DNA of 48,082 bases from Campylobacterales bacterium (lineage in GTDB: Bacteria > Campylobacterota > Campylobacteria > Campylobacterales > JALSKU01): the NCBI GenBank assembly GCA_026988685.1, contig JALSKU010000153.1:1-48082 (forward strand), given 5' to 3'. Made by a program: the position numbers and the translations under genes. Position 1 is the first letter of the stretch. Each line of letters starts with the position of its first letter. The notes below the pieces were generated by a model. It worked only from the letters and a program-made list of their open reading frames with translations, searched no databases and was not told the DNA's origin. Below, piece after piece: positions 18,094-25,929 of the stretch.

Positions 18094-19469
18094 TTTTTGT
18101 CGGCTATCAATTTTTTGTAGTTTTTTATCAGAGTGGATAGCTCTTTTTTGGCATTACTTACTTCGTAAGAACTGTTTCCATGAGAGAGGTTATTTCTTAA
18201 ATCTTCAACACGCTTTATGAGTTCGATAAGATCTTCATTATCTTGTTGCTTTAACTTTTCTATGATAATATTTTTTATATTTTCTTTTGAGTTTAGATTT
18301 TTCTGAGATAGTTCAAGTTTAAAACCTTCTAACTCAATCATACTTAAAATATGCTCTGGAATCTCTCTTTTTAGTTTCTGTTTTTTCTTTTGTAGAGATT
18401 TTTTTTGTGATGCGGTTAATGCTTTAGAAGGATTAAATAAATATGGCCCATGAAAATTTTCTTGATTTTTTATAATATTTTTTGATTGATGTGACAGTTC
18501 ATAGAGATTAAAATTATCTTTGCTTTTATATTCTTCAATATGCTCTTTTATTTTATTGTCTAGCTCCTCAAGTTTTTTAGCACAATATAGACCTACGGAT
18601 TCATTTAAAAGTGTTATAGAGTTAAGTAGGTATTCTCTATCTTTTAATAATTTGGAAAGTTCAAAATATTTTTTGTAATCCCGGTTATTTTTTAACGAAT
18701 ACAAATCTTCCAAATGTTTAATGACAGTATCGATATATGTAGAAAATGAAGCAATATGTCTATCTTTTTTTAGAGTTTTTAGCTCTACGATGCTTTTTTG
18801 TAATAGATTATCATCTCCTTCAAATAGAGTCTTTATGGAGTTTGCTAAAATATGTCCGGAGATTATTCTTAAATTATCAACAAGTTCTTGATACTTTTCG
18901 TTTTTAAAAACTACATGGTTGCCTATAGTGTAGTTGTCATTAAAATTTTTTAGCACAAAAGCGAGCTTCGACAATCCAATATATTCTGATAAATCTACAA
19001 TTTCATATCTCTTATTTTTGTCAATTTCCTTTGCAAAAAGTATATGCTCTATCTTTTCTGGATTGTCTATAGAGGCTATTATGATATTAATAATCATTAA
19101 AATTGGTATATGTCTAAAACCATGAGTCAAATCTACGATAAATGTTTCATATCTATCATCTTTTAATACTTTTGCCAACTCTTGAAATATTTGATTGTAG
19201 TCGGTATCATCTTTTATCTCTATCGCATTTTCCATCACTTCCGTATTATAATCTATACTCTTAAGGGTCTTTTTTTGTTGCTCTTTTGTCTCTTTTGTTG
19301 AGATTGGTATGATTTCGCAATCAGGGAAAATATCCATAAGAAGAGGTAAAGTATTTATGTGCTCTATCTCTTTATTGTCGCTTAATATCTCGAGATTTTT
19401 AGAAAATGTATATTTTGCTCTATTTTTTCCTCCTACCGTTCCCAATATGGTTATAACTGCTTTTCTCAT
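18090..19469 (-). CDS. Stand-alone Csx1/Csm6-like protein: N-terminal CARF domain (DxTHG / TM1812-like family) and C-terminal HEPN RNase motif
   Basis: 459 aa. The N-terminus (MRKAVITILGTVGGKNRAKYTF) has the CARF beta1-Gly-loop pattern (xLGTxxx...Y). The exact DxTHG signature is present: FIVDLTHGFRHIP. A long Lys/Glu/Asn-rich helical middle region follows. The C-terminus carries LIKRVEDLRNNLSHGNSS, which fits the HEPN Rx4H motif in its R-N-x-x-x-H form, as in Csx1/Csm6. An AAGGTG Shine-Dalgarno lies 5 nt upstream of the ATG. Confidence 0.7.
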   Translation of the reverse strand: MRKAVITILGTVGGKNRAKYTFSKNLEILSDNKEIEHINTLPLLMDIFPDCEIIPISTKETKEQQKKTLKSIDYNTEVMENAIEIKDDTDYNQIFQELAKVLKDDRYETFIVDLTHGFRHIPILMIINIIIASIDNPEKIEHILFAKEIDKNKRYEIVDLSEYIGLSKLAFVLKNFNDNYTIGNHVVFKNEKYQELVDNLRIISGHILANSIKTLFEGDDNLLQKSIVELKTLKKDRHIASFSTYIDTVIKHLEDLYSLKNNRDYKKYFELSKLLKDREYLLNSITLLNESVGLYCAKKLEELDNKIKEHIEEYKSKDNFNLYELSHQSKNIIKNQENFHGPYLFNPSKALTASQKKSLQKKKQKLKREIPEHILSMIELEGFKLELSQKNLNSKENIKNIIIEKLKQQDNEDLIELIKRVEDLRNNLSHGNSSYEVSNAKKELSTLIKNYKKLIADKN

Positions 19470-20610
19470 TTGTCACCTTTGCAATAAGATAGTATTTTTT
19501 ATTTGCAAACTCTCTTATAAACTGATCATTTTCCCATTTGCCTTTAATAATTCTTCCGTTATTATATCTAAAAATACCATACCCTTCTCTTTTATCATTT
19601 TTAAAATCTCCTCTGTACTGCTCACCGTTTGTATATTTTAATTTTCCATATCTGTGAAATAATCCGTTTTTCCAATACCCTGTGTAACAATCATAGTAAA
19701 CATTTCCACTTTTTAAGTCATAGTTTTTTTTGTTAAATTTATAAATTCCAAACCCATTTCTCAATCCATCTTCAAAACAACCAATATATATATCTCCGTT
19801 ATGAAATATTGTTTTTCCCTTGGCAAAAGGTAGCCCGTTTTTTAGTGAGCCTCTGTATCGATCTCCATTTGCATATTGAATATTTACTCCAAAATAATAA
19901 TAGTTACCATTCATATATTTATAATTTTTGATTTGGGTTTGCTCGATCCTGTTTATGATGGTTTCGTTAAAATTTGCAACTATATCTATATTGTATCTCA
20001 TAAATGGTTGAGCTTTCATACCAAATACACTATATAGTGTTTTTAAAGTTTGGTAAGGGTCTTTATTGTCTTTTCTATTTTTTAAAATTGAGATAATTTC
20101 TTCACATTGAGTGTCAATCGTATATTTTAAAAATATTCCGTATGCGGTTAAGTCTACCATCTGCATCTTTAGTAACGGTATCTCTTTGCTTAGAGTATCT
20201 ATTTTTTTATCATGTGCACTCCTGTCTCTATATTCCCCATATAGAGCTAAAGCTATTATAATTGATGCTAATGTAAAAGTGATAGTGCTATCAAAGAAGA
20301 AAGAAGCTATTAATGCAATTATAATTATCCAAAAGTAGGTAGAAAAGGAGTAAGAAGGCTTAAAACTATTTCTCTTTTTATATTCAAAACTATCATATAT
20401 CCACTGTTTTACTGTGGGGATATTACTTAGGTCTATTTTAGAGATATCGTTATCGTTGACATATAGTTGTTGAAAAAGTTTTGCGATATAGGTATTGGTA
20501 TTAATTGCATCACTTCTTTCCCTGTACTCTTCGGCATCATTTTTTATCTTATCAAGCTTATTATTGACTTCTGAAACTTCAAAGTATGTTAACATGTCAA
20601 ATAATTCCAT
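19420..20610 (-). CDS. Membrane protein with a 2-TM hairpin and C-terminal MORN repeats
   Basis: 396 aa. Its parts are:
- a soluble N-terminus of about 90 aa;
- the hydrophobic hairpin YFWIIIIALIASFFFDSTITFTLASIIIALALYG;
- a region of about 110 aa that I could not assign;
- 4-5 MORN-type repeats (YRGSLKNGLPFAKGKTIF / YIGCFEDGLRNGFGIYKF / YTGYWKNGLFHRYGKLKY / YRGDFKNDKREGYGIFRY / IKGKWENDQF).
An AAGGAG Shine-Dalgarno lies 6 nt upstream. The 3' end overlaps the CARF-HEPN gene by 50 nt. Confidence 0.7.
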   Translation of the reverse strand: MELFDMLTYFEVSEVNNKLDKIKNDAEEYRERSDAINTNTYIAKLFQQLYVNDNDISKIDLSNIPTVKQWIYDSFEYKKRNSFKPSYSFSTYFWIIIIALIASFFFDSTITFTLASIIIALALYGEYRDRSAHDKKIDTLSKEIPLLKMQMVDLTAYGIFLKYTIDTQCEEIISILKNRKDNKDPYQTLKTLYSVFGMKAQPFMRYNIDIVANFNETIINRIEQTQIKNYKYMNGNYYYFGVNIQYANGDRYRGSLKNGLPFAKGKTIFHNGDIYIGCFEDGLRNGFGIYKFNKKNYDLKSGNVYYDCYTGYWKNGLFHRYGKLKYTNGEQYRGDFKNDKREGYGIFRYNNGRIIKGKWENDQFIREFANKKYYLIAKVTNEKSSYNHIGNGRRKK

Positions 20611-20639
20611 CGAAAACTCCTTTTAAAACTTTTAATGGA

Positions 20640-20672
20640 ATTATATATGATAAAAATGACAAAAAATGTCAA
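20640..20672 (-). promoter_or_regulatory. Putative promoter/operator of the MORN / CARF-HEPN operon
   Basis: The minus strand reads TTGACATTTTTTGTCATTTTTATCATATATAAT. The -35-like TTGACA is part of a TGAC-N7-GTCA palindrome, followed by a TATATAAT -10-like box about 30 nt upstream of the ATG. The -35/-10 spacing is longer than canonical. Confidence 0.3.
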
Positions 20673-20680
20673 TTAAACTT

Positions 20681-21301
20681 CTATAACCCCTCAAGTATAA
20701 TATTATAAAGATTTTCTACTTCATTATCATTAAGTAGGATGGAGTTTTTTTCGTCGAAAAAGAGCTCTATCTTTTTTTTGTCAAATCCATTTTCGCTTTT
20801 TAGACAAGTTGAACAGGCTGGAAGAAAGGCTCTGGTTAAGACCACTTTGCTTTCAATATTTTTTTCGCAGATGAAGCAGGAAAAATCGTTATGGAGTCTT
20901 CCTTCAAACTCCAAAAGTTTTGCGTATGACTCTATGACAACTCTTTTGGGGTGAGATTTTTCGAGGTAGAGGGATGTCTCTTCAAGTAGTTTATAGTAAA
21001 AACTATCTACCTCATTGACATCTCTTAGGTGCTTAAAAAGAAGCTGTAAAAATTGCTGCCAGATGTAGTATCTCTCCCTTTTTAGAAGCCATTTAAAGTT
21101 TAGTAAAGAGACATTTCTTAGTTGCTTTAAATTTTCTCTGTTTGTCGGGTGTGCTTCGAAGTCTATCTTGTAGCCTAGCAGAAGGTTGGAGTGTCTTGCT
21201 CCATAAAATCTATATAGTATTTTTATCCTGTTTTCGGTAAGAATAGTTACCAAAAGGTCTTCATCTCTAACTTTTTGAGTGTTTAGTATATAGCCTTGCA
21301 T
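20681..21301 (-). CDS. recO: DNA repair protein RecO (short epsilonproteobacterial form)
   Basis: 206 aa. MQGYILNTQKVRDEDLLVTILTENRIKILYRFYGARHS is a typical RecO OB-fold N-terminus, and a C-terminal Cys cluster is present (CFICEKN...CSTC). Confidence 0.75.
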   Translation of the reverse strand: MQGYILNTQKVRDEDLLVTILTENRIKILYRFYGARHSNLLLGYKIDFEAHPTNRENLKQLRNVSLLNFKWLLKRERYYIWQQFLQLLFKHLRDVNEVDSFYYKLLEETSLYLEKSHPKRVVIESYAKLLEFEGRLHNDFSCFICEKNIESKVVLTRAFLPACSTCLKSENGFDKKKIELFFDEKNSILLNDNEVENLYNIILEGL

Positions 21302-21372
21302 TGGCGTATTTTAGCATAAATGAGACATTTTATCAAATATTTACCAAAGATTAGATATAATCCATAAATTTT

Positions 21373-21471
21373 CTGCCCATATTTCTTTTTTGGTGAATAG
21401 AAAACTTCTCTAATAAAAAAAGTTTTCTTTGTGAGGAAGTCTTTTAAAAACCAGTAAAAAAATATGGGCAG
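21373..21471 (+). promoter_or_regulatory. Structured 5' leader of gltBD (nested hairpins)
   Basis: The outer stem is a 12-bp perfect pairing of CTGCCCATATTT (21373-21384) with AAATATGGGCAG (21460-21471). The inner stem is a 9-bp perfect pairing of AGAAAACTT (21399-21407) with AAGTTTTCT (21420-21428). A TATAAT-like box (GATATAAT, about 21352-21359) lies just upstream, and the gltB ATG is at 21495. Confidence 0.35.
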
Positions 21472-21494
21472 GTAGCAAGACAGAAAGGTTGCCT

Positions 21495-24400
21495 ATGAGT
21501 AAAAACAGATACTATAAAAATTTTAAAGACAATTGCGGTTTCGGACTTTTAGCCAGTATAGACAATAAAGCTACGCATCAAAATGTCAATGATGCTGTTG
21601 AAGCTTTGGAGAGAATGATGCACAGAGGTGCAGTCGCGGCTGATGGAAAAAGTGGAGACGGTAGCGGCCTTCTTTTTGGTATGCCAAGAAGTTTTATGAG
21701 AAAAGTAGCCAACCAAAACGGACATGATTTACCAAAGCAATTTGCCGTAGCTATGGTCTTTATGCAAGAAGAGAAACAAAAAGAGATAATCGATGAAGTT
21801 TTAAAAAAGAATGATCTTAAGGTTCTCTTCTACAGAGATGTTCCTGTAAATACAGAAGCTTTGGGAGAGTTTGCGCTAAAGAGTTTACCAAAAATTGTTC
21901 AGATCTTTGTAACCCCCAATTCCATATCAGCTACTAAAAGATTTGGTACCGCTATCTATCTTGCAAGGAGAGAAATAGAAAGAAAGTTAAAAAACTATGA
22001 AGATTTTTATATCTGTTCTTTTTCAGACAAGACTCTTTCATACAAAGGTCTTGTAATGCCAACTCATATAAAAGAGTTCTATCTTGACTTGAGTGATAAA
22101 GATTTTAAAACCTCTTTTGCTCTTTTTCACCAGAGATTTTCAACCAATACCTTACCTCAGTGGAAATTGGCTCAACCTTTCAGAACTATTGCTCACAATG
22201 GAGAGATAAACTCCATCTCAGCTAACAGATTTAATCTTCTGGCTAAAAGCGAGTATATGAAAAGCCCTGTTTTTACAGACAAAGAGCTGAAAAAACTATT
22301 TCCTATAACAAGTGATGATGTTAGTGACAGTGCTAGTTTGGATCATATGTTTGAGTTTCTTTTGCAAAATGGAGTGGATTTTTTTAAGGCTGCTAGAGTT
22401 TTGATCCCGGCTGCTTGGCAAAATGCTCCGCATATGGACTCTGATATGAGAGCTTTTTATGAGTATATGAGTACTTGCTTTGAAGCTTGGGATGGACCTG
22501 CTGCAGTTAGTTTAACCGATGGTAGGCATATAGGTTGTATCTTAGATAGAAACGGACTAAGACCTGCAAAATATATAATAACAAAAGATAAAAGAATCAT
22601 CATCTCAAGTGAGTATGGCATACTTGATATAGAGGAGAATTTGGTTATCGAAAGAGGAAAATTAAAAAGTGGAGAGATGATAGGTATAGATCTAAAGTAT
22701 GGAAAAGTACTTAAAGATGATGATATAAACAACTATCTAAAAGATTTAAACCCTTACGGAAAGTGGCTAAACTCCAATATGGTCTATCTCCAGGAGTTTA
22801 TAGATCTTCCATTCACCAACATGGATGACTATAAAGTTAAAGAGATAGAAAAAAAACAAAGAGTCGCAAATATAACCATGGAAGCTAAAGATATGGTTAT
22901 CTTCCCAATGATGAAAGAGGGAAAAGAAAATACCGGCTCTATGGGAGATGATACTCCATTGGTGGCTTTTAGCAAGAAACAAAGATGTTTCACAGACTTT
23001 TTTAAGCAAAAATTTGCTCAGGTTACCAACCCTCCTATAGATCCTATAAGAGAGAGGATTGTTATGAGTCTCAATACAGGCTTTGGGGAGATAAGAAATA
23101 TCTTGGAAGAGGATGTTCACCATGCCAAGAGACTGAAAGTTATAACTCCTATCATGATGCAAGAGAAGATGGAAGTTCTTTTATCGTTTGGAGACCCAAG
23201 TAAGCCAAGATATGATAAATTTTATAAAAACAGGATATTTTCAACCCTTTTTGAAGATAATTTAAGAGGAAGTTTAAATGATTTGGCTTACGATGTGGTT
23301 GATGCAGTCAAGCAGGATAAGGTGCGAGTTGCTATCTTAAGTGACAGATGTGTAAATAAAGATAAAAAACCTATACCGATGGCAATGGCAGTCGGAAGGG
23401 TAAATCAAGTACTGTTGGAAGAGGGTGTTAGACACCTAGTTTCTATCGTGGTAGAGAGTTGTGAGCCTTATGACTCACACTCGATGGCTGTATTGATAGC
23501 CTATGGGGCAAGCGCCATCTATCCATATCTGCTTTTTGCAACTGTTTTAGAGGAGTGTGATAGATTAGGACTCTCCTCTTATGAAAGAAAAATCAGATTT
23601 AAAAATGTTTTGAATGCATTAAATCTTGGACTTTTAAAGATATTGTCCAAAATGGGTATATCAACGATAGCCTCATATAGAAACTCTGCCTTGATGGATG
23701 TTATCGGTTTATCAAAAGAGATAGTTGAGGATTGTTTTAGCTACTCAAGTTGTATAATCCCGGGGCTTAGTTATGAAGATATAGAAGCAAGAATAAACAA
23801 AAACCACTCACAAGCTTTTGAAGAGAGTGAGCGAAACAGAGTCTTTCCTATAAAGATAGGAGGATTTTACAAATTTATCATGGGAGAAGAGTTTCATGGA
23901 TTTTCTCCCGATGTTGTTTTTGCTATACACCAATCAGCTAAAACTGGTAAAAAAGAGGATTTTGCCACTCTTAAAAAAGCTTCTGATGAAAAAGGACTTG
24001 TTAGGATTAGAGACTTTTTTGAGTTAAAGAGTGACAGAGAGCCTATAGATATAGATGAAGTTGAATCGGTAGAAAATATCTTTAAAAGATTTTCGACCGC
24101 AGCGATGAGTCTTGGCTCTATTTCACCGGAAGCCCATGAGGCACTAGCAGAAGCTATGAATACTATAGGCGGTAAGTCAAACTCCGGAGAGGGCGGAGAA
24201 AAACCGGAAAGACTAAAAAGTCCTCAAAGATCCAAAATAAAACAGATAGCTTCAGGTAGATTTGGTGTGACTCCAGAGTATCTAAGAAGTGCTGAAGAGA
24301 TACAGATAAAAGTGGCTCAAGGTGCAAAACCGGGTGAGGGAGGACAGCTTCCGGGTCACAAAGTAAGTCCGCTAATTGCTAGTTTAAGATATACAATGCC

Positions 24401-25928
24401 GGGAGTTACTCTTATATCTCCGCCTCCTCATCATGATATCTACTCCATAGAGGATTTGGCTCAACTTATCTTTGATCTAAAACAGATAAATCCTGATGCT
24501 TTGATATCAGTCAAACTTGTCTCATCTTCACATGTCGGAACGATAGCAGCAGGTGTTGCAAAGTGTTATGCTGATAAGATAATCATTTCAGGAGCTGACG
24601 GTGGAACAGGTGCAGCTCCGCTGACATCTATAAAATTTGCCGGTGATCCTTGGGAGATAGGACTCAGTGATGCCCATAACACTCTCAAAGTAAACCACTT
24701 AAGAGAGTTTGTAAGACTTGAGACTGACGGTGGCTTAAGAACCGGACTTGATATAGTCAAAGCCGCACTATTAGGGGCTGAGAGTTATGCTTTTGGAACG
24801 GGAGCTTTGGCAATTTTAGGCTGCAAGATACTAAGAATTTGCCACTTAAACAGATGTAGCACCGGTATTGCAACTCAAGATAAGACTCTAAGAGAACACT
24901 ATAGAGGAACTGTTGAGAAGCTTATAAATTACTTCACGCTTCTTGCAGAAGATGTAAGAGAGATCTTGGCATTTTTGGGGTATAGATCAGTAGAAGAGAT
25001 AGTAGGAAAAAGTAATCTTCTTAAGATGGTAGATGATGAATTTGCTAAGAAGTTTGACTTTAGCAAGATATTGGAAAGAGTTGATGGGGTTGACACTTGT
25101 CAAAAAGAGAGAAATGTGCCGATTGATAAAAATATTTTTGAAAAAGAGCTCTTAAAAGAGGTTTATCCCGTTATCCAAAACCCTGATACAAAAATGGTTA
25201 TCAAAAAAGAGATAAAAAATATAAACAGAAGCTTTGGTGTGCTTATAAGTGGGGAAATTGCTAAGTACTATGGCAATAAAGGTCTTCCTGAAGATAGTAT
25301 AATATTTAAACTAAAAGGAACTCCCGGTCAAAGCTTTGGAGCATTTTTGGTAAATGGTATTACTATAAAGCTTGATGGTTTAGGTAATGATTATGTCGGC
25401 AAAGGAATGAATGGCGGAAGTATTATAATCATGCCAAAATATCAGGGAGATAATTTCTCAAGTGCCGGAAATGCATGTCTTTACGGAGCAACCGGCGGAA
25501 AATTTTATGCTGTTGGAAGTGTTGGTGAGAGATTTTGTGTAAGAAACAGCGGGGCTACTGCTATAGTTGAAGGAACAGGAGATCATGCCTGCGAATATAT
25601 GACTGGTGGTGTAGCTATCATACTCGGTAAAACCGGGGCTAACTTTGGTGCGGGAATGACCGGAGGAGTTGCTTTTGTTTATGACAAAGATAGAGGTTTT
25701 ATAGACAGACTCAATCAAGAGCTTGTAGTTGCTAGAAGGATTGATAGTGATGAAACTGATGAAGCTAAACATTTTTTGAAAAAACTTTTAAGAGACTATA
25801 TCAATAAAACAGGAAGTAAAAAAGCAAAACATATTTTGGAAAATTATAGACATGAAGTAAGAGAGTTTTGGATGGTAAGGCCAAAAGACTTGACCAAGAT
25901 ACCACTAAATCCGGATGAGGGAGATTAA
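21495..25928 (+). CDS. gltB: Glutamate synthase large subunit
   Basis: About 1477 aa. It has an Ntn amidotransferase N-terminus (NCGFGLLA), an FMN/Fe-S central domain (GEGGE...ISPPPHHDIYSIEDL) and a C-terminal GXGXG beta-helix domain. The ATG at 21495 has a GAAAGG Shine-Dalgarno. Confidence 0.95.
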   Translation: MSKNRYYKNFKDNCGFGLLASIDNKATHQNVNDAVEALERMMHRGAVAADGKSGDGSGLLFGMPRSFMRKVANQNGHDLPKQFAVAMVFMQEEKQKEIIDEVLKKNDLKVLFYRDVPVNTEALGEFALKSLPKIVQIFVTPNSISATKRFGTAIYLARREIERKLKNYEDFYICSFSDKTLSYKGLVMPTHIKEFYLDLSDKDFKTSFALFHQRFSTNTLPQWKLAQPFRTIAHNGEINSISANRFNLLAKSEYMKSPVFTDKELKKLFPITSDDVSDSASLDHMFEFLLQNGVDFFKAARVLIPAAWQNAPHMDSDMRAFYEYMSTCFEAWDGPAAVSLTDGRHIGCILDRNGLRPAKYIITKDKRIIISSEYGILDIEENLVIERGKLKSGEMIGIDLKYGKVLKDDDINNYLKDLNPYGKWLNSNMVYLQEFIDLPFTNMDDYKVKEIEKKQRVANITMEAKDMVIFPMMKEGKENTGSMGDDTPLVAFSKKQRCFTDFFKQKFAQVTNPPIDPIRERIVMSLNTGFGEIRNILEEDVHHAKRLKVITPIMMQEKMEVLLSFGDPSKPRYDKFYKNRIFSTLFEDNLRGSLNDLAYDVVDAVKQDKVRVAILSDRCVNKDKKPIPMAMAVGRVNQVLLEEGVRHLVSIVVESCEPYDSHSMAVLIAYGASAIYPYLLFATVLEECDRLGLSSYERKIRFKNVLNALNLGLLKILSKMGISTIASYRNSALMDVIGLSKEIVEDCFSYSSCIIPGLSYEDIEARINKNHSQAFEESERNRVFPIKIGGFYKFIMGEEFHGFSPDVVFAIHQSAKTGKKEDFATLKKASDEKGLVRIRDFFELKSDREPIDIDEVESVENIFKRFSTAAMSLGSISPEAHEALAEAMNTIGGKSNSGEGGEKPERLKSPQRSKIKQIASGRFGVTPEYLRSAEEIQIKVAQGAKPGEGGQLPGHKVSPLIASLRYTMPGVTLISPPPHHDIYSIEDLAQLIFDLKQINPDALISVKLVSSSHVGTIAAGVAKCYADKIIISGADGGTGAAPLTSIKFAGDPWEIGLSDAHNTLKVNHLREFVRLETDGGLRTGLDIVKAALLGAESYAFGTGALAILGCKILRICHLNRCSTGIATQDKTLREHYRGTVEKLINYFTLLAEDVREILAFLGYRSVEEIVGKSNLLKMVDDEFAKKFDFSKILERVDGVDTCQKERNVPIDKNIFEKELLKEVYPVIQNPDTKMVIKKEIKNINRSFGVLISGEIAKYYGNKGLPEDSIIFKLKGTPGQSFGAFLVNGITIKLDGLGNDYVGKGMNGGSIIIMPKYQGDNFSSAGNACLYGATGGKFYAVGSVGERFCVRNSGATAIVEGTGDHACEYMTGGVAIILGKTGANFGAGMTGGVAFVYDKDRGFIDRLNQELVVARRIDSDETDEAKHFLKKLLRDYINKTGSKKAKHILENYRHEVREFWMVRPKDLTKIPLNPDEGD

Positions 25929-25929
25929 G

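Noticed and set aside
25915-25929. The ATG at 25915 as the gltD start (MREIKMQ...)
   Set aside because: It overlaps the end of gltB and lacks an RBS. The ATG at 25930 is preceded by GAGGGAG at suitable spacing and gives a typical GltD N-terminus.
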